DNA from: Orbicella franksi
Taxonomy: Eukaryota
Direction: 5' to 3'
Length of the DNA stretch: 64,000 nt
NCBI GenBank assembly: GCA_964199315.1
Contig: OZ116700.1
Location: 13,764,001-13,828,000 of the forward strand
Positions 30,101-42,100 of this stretch are shown one piece after another (the stretch's first letter is position 1; the number at the start of each line of letters is the position of its first letter). The notes below the pieces were generated by a model. The model had not been told where the DNA came from, did no database searches, and saw only the letters and a list, made by a program, of their open reading frames with translations. Made by a program: the position numbers and the translations under genes.

Positions 30101-33100
30101 CAATGTTAAAACCAGAAACGACCAGAACGCGGGAAAGTATAGTGGTTAACAGTTAGGCGACTAGTTTGCGATACCGAAAATAGATTATTATAGCGGAGCT
30201 CCCACGTTTCGGAGGCGCACGAGTGGAGTCCCATACTTTTGAACATTTGGTAACCCGTGGATCTGAAAATGTTTGTTACGTGATTGTCCATACGTATGTC
30301 CGTACGTCCGTCCATAGTTATTAGTAGGGAGTGTTAGCAATGACGACGACGACGCCGAGGACGAAGCCTTGTAAAAAACGGATTTATGTCGCAACTGTGT
30401 AAATTGGCTCAGTACGCCTACCGGTCTAACAATTTGCTCAGTCTAGATACATCAATCATATAACAAGATCAGTGAACACACCCAACAGATTCCGAATCCA
30501 TTGTCATGGTAAATATATTTTCCTTGTTTCAGCGCGGGTCGATTACAAAAACTTGGTAACATGCCAAGGAGAACGGGTCAAACTCCACTGTGGAAATGCA
30601 AGCTTGGGGCTGACTATCTATTCTGCAAGTTACGGAAGAACATACCCCGGTGATGTCATTTGCCCCTATTACGGAGACGAGAGTGACAAGAATTACAACT
30701 GTGGCGAAAATGACGTTACTGATACATTTAAAACGTTGTGTGAAAGGAAAAATAGATGCAGGGTTAAAGTAAATAGCGCATTGTTTCGAGATCCATGTCC
30801 GGAAAAACACTTGTATCTTACCTTGATTTACTCGTGTGGTAAGTATTTAATACAAATATATTTGAATAGCAGTAAAAGCGACAATCCACCGTAGGAAAAA
30901 GATGGCGGCTGTGCATTTTACCACATTGCCTTGCGAACCTAACACGGCCTAAAAGGCACAAAGAAAGCCAAATTTTTACAATATTTGTCCCTGCACTAAA
31001 GACATTGAGTAGCCTAGGTTTGAAGACTTTATAACGTTTCTGCACGTTTTTATAAACGTTGTTAAGAATTTCATGCGCTGAGAACTATGGGTAAATGTAT
31101 CAGTCGCCACCTTTTTTCCTACGGAGGATTCAGCTGCTACAAAAAATTTTCCATTTCTGAGTGTTACAACGAAAGTCCGAGGAAAATTTCGGGCTTTCAT
31201 TTCGTGATGAAAAATGAGTTATGAAGCCACGAAGAACAGGTCAGCAGTGAGTTAAAATTCATTTACCATGACTTGCTTCCAGGCTTCATAGTTCAATTTG
31301 TAAAGGAGAGGAAGACCTAGGTCCAAATCGCCATGAGGATTGAAAGTTAATTGTTTTCTTATAAATTGCAGTTGCGTTATTCTCGTACTTTGATCCACTT
31401 TTCCTCATGTATGACTGGCACGTTTAATCTTAATGAAAATCTAAAATGCTACTCTGAAAAATAGTTATCATTGAAATAGCTGTTAGGGCAGTCATCAACA
31501 GTTTGACATAGAATTTTTATTTTGACCCTTTCGTCTCGTTATTATGCCTTTAAACAAAAGAACCGCAACAAAAGCTATTAACGTTTTCCCAGTGCACCAG
31601 TTAACAAATAAATAAATAAATAAATAAATAAATATACATTTATATAGAGCCATTTTCCACTAATTGTCCACTAATTGTCCAGTTAACCTTTTGTTTATTA
31701 TGCCTCCATTTGATCGCTAGGAAATGTACTTTTAGCACAAGTTATCATGTTCTAAGTTTTCCTTGTCACACCTATGCATGTGCATCACCATTTTAGTCGA
31801 GTCTTTAATATGTCTTAATGTCAGTTTTTGGCTGCTTCTTAAAGATTGGCAGAAACCAAAGGTCATTCACACGTCCACGTCATCGAGTATCGTAACCACT
31901 ACAACGAGTACTATTCCAGTACCCACTTCCTCCCTGGTCAGCATGTCAAGTTTCTCATCAATAACAATCTTTCCGACAATAGATGTTATCGCATCGACTA
32001 GTTCTGTACTTATGAGTCAGCATACGCCTAATGTTAACGAAACTCCGTCAATTCGAACAACCACCACCAAGGAAGGCGATTTAGGAGTCGACGACGTACT
32101 CGGCTCCGCGACAAAACATGCCGCTGAATCGCTTGGCATTGCAGGCACACTTTTTGTGTGGCTATTATTCATGCAAGGTATTTAAACATAGTTTAACCTT
32201 TGAATCATGAGAGAATGATCTTATCGGAACTTGATAAACATAAAGCAGGTGTCCATGTATGATCTTGTATGGTCTGATCACTTAATTAAAGAAATCGATT
32301 AAGTCATGACTTTGACCGAAATGGGTTCAAGACGTTTAATGTTAAAAATATGTTTATCTCTTTATATAGCAGATATACACCTTAACATATCTTAATAGCC
32401 AAGCGTTTTAAAGGGAATATTGGCCCGGGGTCTTGAAAGTACGGACCGAGCACAGCGACATTCTACTACGGACTCGGGCAATCTTGATCAATAAGATACT
32501 CATACTACGATCGTGATAGAGGGAAAATACCGTGGGATTCAAACACACGACTCAACTAGCTCAACTTTTACACGTAATCATGGCTGACGTTTTCAAAAGT
32601 AAAAGAAAAATTGTTGGATGAGAAAGAAAAGAGATTTTTTTGCGTGTAACTCAATTCTTTTCGAGAAGTAAGCCATAAAATTATAATCGTTCACGGGTCA
32701 TTCCGGGCAGTGCTCGGGTCCAACACTTCAAAAATGTTGGACCGCCACTAGAGCAGTCTGACTGGTTGACTTAAGTTATTAGCCATCTGAATTAACTTAG
32801 TCTTGTAACGATTGGCAGCTGTCAGAGTATTTGCAAATGTCAGCTAAACTGGTTATGTTTCTAAAAAGCAGATAGTTCTTAGAAACATCTAGTCAAAAAA
32901 TTTCAGAAACACTTTCTAATAGATTAGTAAAATGGCGTGTAGTCTAATTCTCATTTGATTTTGCCTGACCCTGACTGGTTGGAAAAAAAATGATTAGTTT
33001 TTTCGCCTTGGTATAGGAAAAGGAAAAATTATCAATCAATGACTAATTCATTCGGCTCTATGAGAAGTGCCTGTAGAGAGTCGTGGTCGTTGTATCCATC

Positions 33101-35200
33101 AAAACAAACATCCAGTCCAAAATGATGAAAACAACAACCATGATTCCCTGCAGGCACGTCTCATAGAGGGAATTGGCTATTGCTGTGTCTGGTAAACTCG
33201 GAAAGACAAAAGCCTTGATGTCCTTTTTTCACAGATCATTCGTCTGATTATATAACAGTGTTTTGTGCCAGCGCTGCTGGCGCACTATCTCTTGCCATAA
33301 TTGTTGGTCTCTTCGTACTTTACCGTCACCATGCAAATAAACAACACCTTCACGTTGAGGAAGAGTCAAAATTAAACCCATATGGGAGCACGGAGCCAAA
33401 AATGTCAACCGAAGTTGACCCATTCTTAGCAGGCCCCGTTAAGACCCTTCCTCCCGACTGCATGATGGAAGGATATACCTGGCAACGTGGAAGAACAATG
33501 CCTCTCAAGAAATCTCAAAATGGCACAGTTGTGAGGACGTTTAGTGCCAAGGATGTTTACACCAAAGAGCCGAACGGTGAGAGGTAAGTTTACCAATATT
33601 GATGCGTGCGTGAAACAGGGAAGTAGAGATAATGAAACAGAGATAATTGTTTTTGGAAAAGAATTGCGAATAATTTATGGACATCTTTACTTGTGCGTGT
33701 TCTTTCTTTAAAGAAAGGTTTATGCTTGTTTGCTTTGAGAATACCATTGCACATCAACAGTTCCGAAATTAATGGTTTGTGATTTACATTTTTATTTTAA
33801 TAGCATTCGAATAAGTCAATACTGAGAAAATATAATTGACTGGCTTAAGTCGCTTAACCACTCATCCAGTCCTCCTTCACTCTCCAACCTTCCTTTCTTC
33901 CTTGCTACCTCTTTGTTTGCTTGCTTCCTTCCCACCACCCTTCTGCATGTTCATGTCGTTCATCCTTAATCAAATCTTAACGTCGCGACGTTTTAGGTCC
34001 TTCTTAGCCTGTCGCTCACGTTTCCCTCTTTAATACGCGTCTTTAACACTTAACATTTTAAATTTGGTTGTTTAATTTTTTACAGCGTCTGTTAGGAAGA
34101 CGACTCACAAGTAAAAACCATCCAACTAACACAGAAGTCAGCTTAATAACCACCTTCACGTTAAGGACCTGTCTTGTTCAGTTTAATTTTTAACATATCA
34201 CCAAGGGCCGTAAATGTCATTTTGACATTTTAATTTCTTGTGTACCTAATCATATTTTCATTTTTTTTTTATGCTTTTCTACATCATTAACATAAATTAC
34301 ATTTCCCTTGGGCAATTGCGTGAGAAGTGCATGTAACATAAAGGTCTTAGACCTGTGACGATAGGCCTAATAGAGTGACAAAAAGGCTCACAGTAGTCAT
34401 GTAAAATAACTAAAATCAAATACCTTTTCTAGTTAAGTGATATTTTTCCTTAAAACGTTACAGGAATGCATTATCATTAAGGAGATCTTTTATTTTTTTA
34501 CATTTGACTTTATTGTTTGGTACATTTAAGGAACACAGACTTTGATAACTCTCACCAGAAGATATACGCGATTTCTTCAAGTATTCCTTGTCACAAGATG
34601 ATTTTTTTGCAAAACTGCACATTACGTGGTATTAGCAATTAGCAAATGTGCTTTGATGTGGGTATTGTACAAAGTGTTTTGATTTCTTTGTGTCGTATGG
34701 TGATTGAAACGGTAGAAAATAGCATTGTTTACAAAACACAGGTCGATTGCAATCGGCCGAAGACGGCCCGAGCTCTTTCCCTAATACTTTGATCCATTTA
34801 AATTACATCCACGCTATCATTGGTTATCCATGTTTTGAAATGGATTCCTGTTATTTGTCTGGTACTTCATTATTAATTAAAATCATTATCACTGTTTAAC
34901 TTCTCGTGCTGTAGGCTTGTTGTTGATCTGCGAGAGCCGTATGCTTAATAGGGTCAGACCCAACATTGTGTTTTCCCGTATCTTTTCTTCAGACAGACCG
35001 AAACTCCCAGATATCATCGGGGTCCACAGTTTGTTGCTGTAGCCAGAAGACAGGAAAGTTCTAACATGTACTTGAACCCTGCGTACGCGACAAACAAATC
35101 TCTAAGAAATGGAAGAGGGAGACATTTGATGAATGAAGAAGATCGAAGAGGAACGAGAACCAGAGAAAGTAGAACTTCTGCAGATGCTTTATACTATTAG
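27195..35200 (+). CDS. EVA-1/FAM176-like type I membrane lectin A (signal peptide, SUEL lectin, mucin stalk, TM, tail), 426 aa
   Basis: Exons 27195-27236, 27355-27397, 30533-30838, 31845-32177, 33235-33583, 34993-35200 are phase-consistent (1281 nt). Eight-Cys SUEL domain with SYGR and DPC, TM VFCASAAGALSLAIIVGLFVLY, tail with NPAY ending ALYY*. Confidence 0.85.
31606..31633. repeat. (AAAT)7 microsatellite
   Basis: Direct read. Confidence 0.95.
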
Positions 35201-37531
35201 CCTCTCCACCTCGTCTCCCTTTATAATATCTCTATTATCCCATTCAGAACGGGTGGGGAAAACCTAATGCAAAAGAAGGCGAATGTTACCAGAGTTAATC
35301 CCCCATATAGACCTTATCCCAAAGACGGTATTCGCTTTGAAGTTTTGACCAAGCGCATTGCGTAAATGTTTTTTGCTGAGAATAAAAATACGCGCAAAGC
35401 TGCAAACCTATTAGGGCTGTCCACGTGAGCAAAATCTCCATCACAAGATTGGCTATTTCTAGACCCGTTTGGGATTTCCGAAGCCTGGTATAATATGAAA
35501 TAACTTCACAGCGAGGAAAGGTCTATATGGGAATTGTAAACTCTCTTACCCTTCATCGTCTCTTTTTCTATAGCTTGTCGCACAGCCAATCTAAACAATT
35601 TCTAAATTGTTTGGATTACGATTTGTTTGGTTTCAAAATGGTCAATTTGATACGGACCATATTAGTGCTGTCGAGGTTTTATAAAAGGCTATGATATCAT
35701 TGTTATGTGGCTCCGATGGGTTCCCGGACATAGGAGAGTTATAATAAGCATAGTACCGAAGATTTAAAGTGGCTCAAAGATCTCTGTGGCAACCTTTGCA
35801 TGGGTCGTCAATCAAAATCAAAAAAGAGCTTTGTACTAATTTAAATTCTTTGAATGAATATCTATCTATTAACAAAGAGAAACTCTTTAGTGAAGCTCGT
35901 TAAAGAATGACAACAAAGATCTGCGGTCCACATTAGAAAATGTTCCCGACAGGTACTTTAAGAGTCACGACAGCTAAGAAACATTAAATAGATAAATAAA
36001 TTGGCTAAAATGTTTACAGAAATCGCAGAAATGAGGGGCTCCCCTCATTCGATGAGAAAAACTATTTGTTTTATACTTCATATAGTACTAATTTTTAACG
36101 TTGTTACTGATCAACATCTAAAACACTGTGTAGATCACGCCAGTAATTGCCATGATGCGTTTCCCTGTAATTATTTTTCTAAACGATAAAGGTTCCTTAA
36201 TTGCTAGTACGTCTGGGGTCTGTGAAAGTTTGTTTGCCGATTAATGGAAAAAGTGCTTTGTACTCATAAAATTGTTACAAATCAATAAATATCTTAACAT
36301 TGCAAGAAGTACTTGCAATGTTAAGAAAACTGTAAGGTAATAGTGTAAAAAAAAAAAAAAAATGGAAATTGCTGTTTTCTAAACAGACCTAGCCTCCATT
36401 TAAAGTTTATTTTGATTTTATTGCAATCAAGTTGTTAGGTATATATTCAGGAGTAGTAGAAATAGAAATTGTAATATTTAAGTGAAATTTTGAAAGCTGA
36501 TTCCTACTAATATATTGTTTTTGTAACTGCGAGAAGATAAAATTTTAATTTTTAATTTGGGAACTGTATTCAAGGAAGTGTACTTTTTGTCACTGTTTTC
36601 ATAAAAGACCTGCATATCTTGTTAAGGAGACCTTATTTGGTCCCCGTTTTAGAAGTAGACTAAGTCACGCCATATGGATATCATTATTCACAACGAAATT
36701 TCCAAGCTCAGTTATCTCATAGAAGAGTTGTATATCTTGTTAAGGAGACCAGGTATGACACTAACTGATCATATTTAAATAATGAAATAAACTTACTGTC
36801 TGACTTGAAAGGTCTTCGCATGCTAGGTTGAAACTAAGGTTTCGGAGCCCCATAATGGCTGGTTACATCCAGTGCAAAGAAGTGAAACTGTTTATGGACC
36901 GAGGATCGAAGTGGTTAAAAGTTTGGGCAACAAAAATCTATACACATCCGATGGAAATTGAACCAAGTTGTTTAAAAATCCCAAGACTGTCTTAATACAT
37001 TTCTTATAAAATTAGGCCAGAGAGTCAAAACCATTTTCTATTATTAACGATTACTTTATTCTTTTGATTTTTTTAAGAGAAGAAAGAGTATAGAGATCAC
37101 AAATAAATATGATCATCTCTTTGACGAGTAATGTTGGCGTATTTTTAAGGGAGTGATTCCTTCGCGCTACTGCAGAAAAATTAATTCTGGCATCGCCGTT
37201 GCTAGAGAGCGGCGTGCCACATTTGCACTCGTCCCATTCTCCCTCGCGTACATCAGATGAAATTGTATCATTTAATTAGTTTGCTTGGTCCACCGTCAAC
37301 TGTTTGTTTAAGTACGGGCATGTGCGCTGTGAAAGCGGCGAAAAGCTGAAAATGAAAACGGAGAGGAAAAATAATCGGAGGTATAAGTTGAGCAGACTGT
37401 TTCTCTGAGAAAACTGGAAATGGAAAAATAACAAAAACCGTTTGGTGGATCATTGTAAACTTGTTGGTCCCAGCTGTATCTCCCGATGATAGATGCAATA
37501 AATATACGCTTGCAACGACGTTAACCAAGGA

Positions 37532-37558
37532 ATGGTTTTCACCAAGAAAAAGACTGCA
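37532..37558 (+). other. Candidate alternative first coding exon of lectin B (MVFTKKKTA)
   Basis: ATG followed by 9 codons and a strong phase-0 donor (GCA|gtaagt), compatible with the acceptor at 44704. CpG-rich sequence upstream. Confidence 0.45.
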
Positions 37559-38753
37559 GTAAGTATCTGGCCATTTCTTTCTTCTCCAGCAAAAGTATTC
37601 AAGGAGAATCTCTCAAAAAAGAGAAAAATACTGTTTTTAAAAGAGCATATTTTGCGTGATCCATATTGTAGCTATTGTTTTTCTTAGCAGCCTAACTGAG
37701 TTAGAAACTCTTAAAGGTTGATGTCTTTCCTGACATAATAGGACTGGACAGATAGAGGATACGTATAATACAATGTACATTATATATTCTGATTAGTCCT
37801 ACAATACTTTAACGATTCGACAAGAAATGGATTTGAACGGCGATCAAATTAACTAATTTTTGAGCTAAGGGAGGAAGGGAAAAAAAATTATGTATATACT
37901 TTTAAATCATTAACAAATACGTACAGGCATATAGCTTTCTCAAAAGAATTACTTCTCGTTATCAACACATGCTGATCGCTTTGTGATATGAAACGCTGTT
38001 TAATAGAAGTATATATTTTTTATATTCAAATATAAAATAATCTCAGCACGTTCTAAACTTGCGTATTGTGTACGCGTATAAGCAGTTACCTCAAAGACAT
38101 TGCGGGATACTTTTCTTTTGAATAATAGTAGCTAATGGTGAAGATAACCGCTACGTAAGCCAGATCCCACAGAGCGGAAATTGAACGGCACCTTTGTCAT
38201 GCAAAACTCAAGCAAATACTACAAGCGCTTCCCTCTTTTCATTGCCTTTCAGTCACATAAATTACTTCAAGAAGTATTGTTTTATTTGAAGAAGCGTAAG
38301 AGCTTTCCGTCATAGTGGAGAGGAGCGAATGCAAACAGAGATTGTTTTCAGCGCCGCACGTTAATCATCCAAGTCAATGTTCTTTGGCTATTGATGAAAT
38401 GTTTTGCAACGTGTTCGTTCGTCATGTAATCTTGATCTAACGGGTTTCAATCGAATTCGAGGTCTTTTGTACGCGAAAATGCGAATAAATAATAAAGAAA
38501 AAACAAATGGAATTAGAACGTGGAAACAAGGAAGTACGCGATCCAATTTTTCTCGAATTGCTGTTCATTTCCTTCTGACATTTAAATTGTTTTGAAATAA
38601 ACATGGATTTCCTAAAAATATTGATAAATCAAGATAAAGATACCTACAAATTCTATTGCGTACTCTTCACGTTGAGTAAATAACAAAGAAAAGTGCTTGC
38701 GGTCGCGCAAGGCTATCTGGGCTGCCTGCTGTTGAAGTGCTTTTGCAGACTAA

Positions 38754-39109
38754 GGCTCCGTCCACACTGCACCAGAGAACTTTGAGAACGGCGTTTTCAC
38801 TAAAAGCGCATCAAATGTTTTCCGGCTATACTATACACCGGAGAAATTTAAAAACGCCACAATCACTGGTCATTTTGGATTTTTGTCTGAGGAAAACACG
38901 GGCAGGGAAATTACAAGATTATCGCAACGTTATCGTTTTTGGAAAGCTCCGATTTCGAAATGTTTTCCGTCCACACTTAAACGCAAAGCTGGCGTTTTCA
39001 AATTCTTCCGGTTGGAAGAACGTTTTCGAAAAGCTCCATTTTCGTGTCGGATTATATTAGCGTGGAAATAAAGTTGCGTTTTCAAATTTCCTAGGCGTGG
39101 TGTACCGAC
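38754..39109. mobile_element. Degenerate PIF/Harbinger-like MITE
   Basis: Starts taa|ggctccgtccacact. Internal repeats of aaatgttttccg, cgtccacact and aaagctcc. Right end decayed and followed by taa. Superfamily is inferred. Confidence 0.5.
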
Positions 39110-42100
39110 TAACTTAACGAAAAAAAAAATTCAATAGGTTTCGAAGTAAATCATCGAGCGATAAATTTTTGAAGGGTAGTGAAAGGGAAACGCAATCTTA
39201 GTCTTTAAAGAGCTTAATATCCAAAAAGACAATCTATGTGTAATGACTAATGATTCAATATTGGCCGGATGGGATGAATGACAATCTATCAACTTAACAA
39301 AAAATTGTTCAACTTTAGTCTACCCCTGTCTAAAACACCATGCACCATAAACTAATTTTCATAAGTAGAGTTCTACTCCTAATATAATGCAAATGCTGTA
39401 ATCTGATTGGCTGAGCTATCCAACCATTAGTGTTTAGTGGCTGCAGGTCGCTTACAAATTGGCGACGTTTTGTCGTTTCTCCGAAGTCTCGGAGGAACAT
39501 TTAAAAGCAAATAAATAAGTAAATTGCTAAAAAAAAAAAAATAAAGGACATTAAGGTTTTTTTTTGACATTAAAATTTCGATTTACTCGTGTGATAAGTA
39601 TTTAATATACATATATTTCAATGGTAGTAAAAAAGTGACAATTCAGCTGCTGCGAAACATTCTCCAAAAAAACTGTTGAGCTGTAAACAACTGTAAATTT
39701 CAAACGACAAATCAGACCGCGCGATTTTCACGATAAACTAGGAGTTAAATACTACGTAGGAAAATAATGGGAAATCGTCATTAAATGGAACTGATTTCTG
39801 ACTTCTATGGGGTGAAAGTTGATGAGGCTCATCAAATATCAGCTCATAAACCTCTCGACTTCATATCGTAATCTAATTTTTAATTAGTGCAGTACACTGG
39901 GTGGAAGAGGATGTCCACATGATGGTAATGTCCACATAATGGTAACATTTTCTCACTTCTCCGATGCTTCGTGGAAGATTTAGAATATATTACTTGATAA
40001 TTTAATTCCGAGCAACGCTAGAGTAGAAAAATGGACCGTTACGAAACTTTAAGACATCAAAATTTTCAACGTACTGATGAGCATGTGGAAACATTTGCAA
40101 GTTTCAAACAACAATTCGTTGCGCGCGCGATTTAGCCAAAGCGTGAAGTTTTGTACCCCCAGGTTTATACCGCCTTTAATTTGTAGAGAAATAATTGGAA
40201 ATCGTTTTTTGAAAGAAATTATTTAGAATTCTACTAAAACAATTAGATTATTCCTACTTGGCTTTCAATTTTCCATTTGTTGGACAAATAAATTGCAAAA
40301 CCAATCGGTTTGACGAAAAAAGAAGCTAAAGACTTTGCTGTCCAAACTCATAGTGAAAAGGTTGCCTCTTTCCACCATTTGCCTTATTTTCGGGCGTAGA
40401 ATCAAAAGAATTGCCGCCTTCTACGATTTAGCCAATGATATACAATAGATGGCAGAATAAACTTGAAAGAAAGAAAAAGCTAAAGAGATAAAATAACGTA
40501 AACGTGGCCTTTGCTCGTGGCCGTTGGTAAAATTGTATGAGACTTCGACCGTTCTTATTTCTCACGTCGTAAATGATATCAATTCTGAAATGTATCTTGA
40601 AGATGTACTCAAACAAAACTTTTGACCGCAGATATCGACCGGCGTTGAATTCCAAAACTGTTTGGCTGTTGTCTGCTTTAATGTTTATGTTGTTGAGTCA
40701 ATATCGCGGTACTCCAAAAGTCGGCAAGAGCCAGTCTTATAATGACAACATTATTTCCAACTATCTTAAGAAAAAACGATTAAGATTTTTTATCATTTTA
40801 AAAACATGGCGAAGGTTGATAAGTGCGGGTGGTCCTTTGTGCTTGTCATGTCCAAGTTGTATTGTACTATTAGCAAAATGTTGCAAAAAACATAAAATTT
40901 AGAAAAATTTGTTCACAGTAGAAGACTTTTCAAAAATTGGCATTAATGAGAAATTAGAACGGTTTAAACCAGGGTGTCGAAAGAAATTCTTGTTTGCATT
41001 TTTTTGTATTATGATATTTTTGATTCATGTTTGACTACTGTAAAATTGGCAAATTGTCGTACGTAATAAATAAATTAGAAAATAAGAAGGAAAATCTTGA
41101 CAATTTTCGAAAGATTTATTGAAAATCAATGAGTCAAAAGAGAATATTGAGCACTGTACGGAAATAGTTAAATCGTGGTAAACAGCTGCCTCTAGATTCA
41201 TTTTTTAAATGAAATAGACCTTTTAAGCTTGGGTAGTTTATTCTCCCATTACAGGCCACGTGACATTCTCTAGAGAATTATTCTTTTATCCATCTAAAAA
41301 TTATTTATTCATATACACGAAACTATTTGAAAAATTGAAAGCCAGAATTCTCAAGAGCATCATCACATGGTCTGAAATGGCGCTACAAACCGCCAAAGCT
41401 AAAAAAGGCCATTAGCTGTGTCACTACTGAATATGAAGCGTTATTAGTCATATGTTCAGGCATTTGTTTAAATCTGTTAAACGAAGGAAAAACTTCCATC
41501 GTTGTGGGGATGCCTTTCCTGATACTATAACAAAGGAGTTTCGGCACTTGCTAGGTTTTAGTACATTTTGGAACTTTATAAGTGTATGATTATGAAGCAG
41601 AGAACCCAGTTCAATCAACAAAACCGAATGAACGGCCAAGAGATAAAAAGTCAAACGAGCGCAAAGCAAACAAATACCCGAGCACAACCAAACCAAACAA
41701 ACAGACGGCCGAAAAAAACGGACAGGCGCCTGCATGCAACGACCAGACACCCCCGCTCCATCAGCCAAGAGAGGATGAAGGCTAAGAAAGTTAATACTCC
41801 ATATAGGCCTTATTTCCAAGGTAATCCCAATTAAGTTATTTTTAGACATGGCACCCAGTTCTTCCATGGAAAATGCTACCAGAAACGCTGCGTGGATGTT
41901 TTAGTGGGGAATGAAAATGCATGTACAGCGGCTTGGGCTATCCATTGATCAATATTTGTAGACCCTCCCGAAATTTATGTGACCAGCAGTAATCCACAAA
42001 TAACTAGAGAGAGGTTACCTTAGGAGTAAGGTCCATATGATTCAGGTCAGCATTGAACGATTTATCTGAATGGAACAAACAGTGCTTTTGTGAGAGCTTT

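Noticed and set aside
33836-34033. Hydrophobic 65-aa ORF
   Set aside because: Pyrimidine-rich intron sequence with no usable start or splice context.
40070-40100. Hammerhead-like CTGATGA...GAAA (also about 50371)
   Set aside because: Stem II cannot close with the canonical G-C pair and no stem I/III pairing was found.
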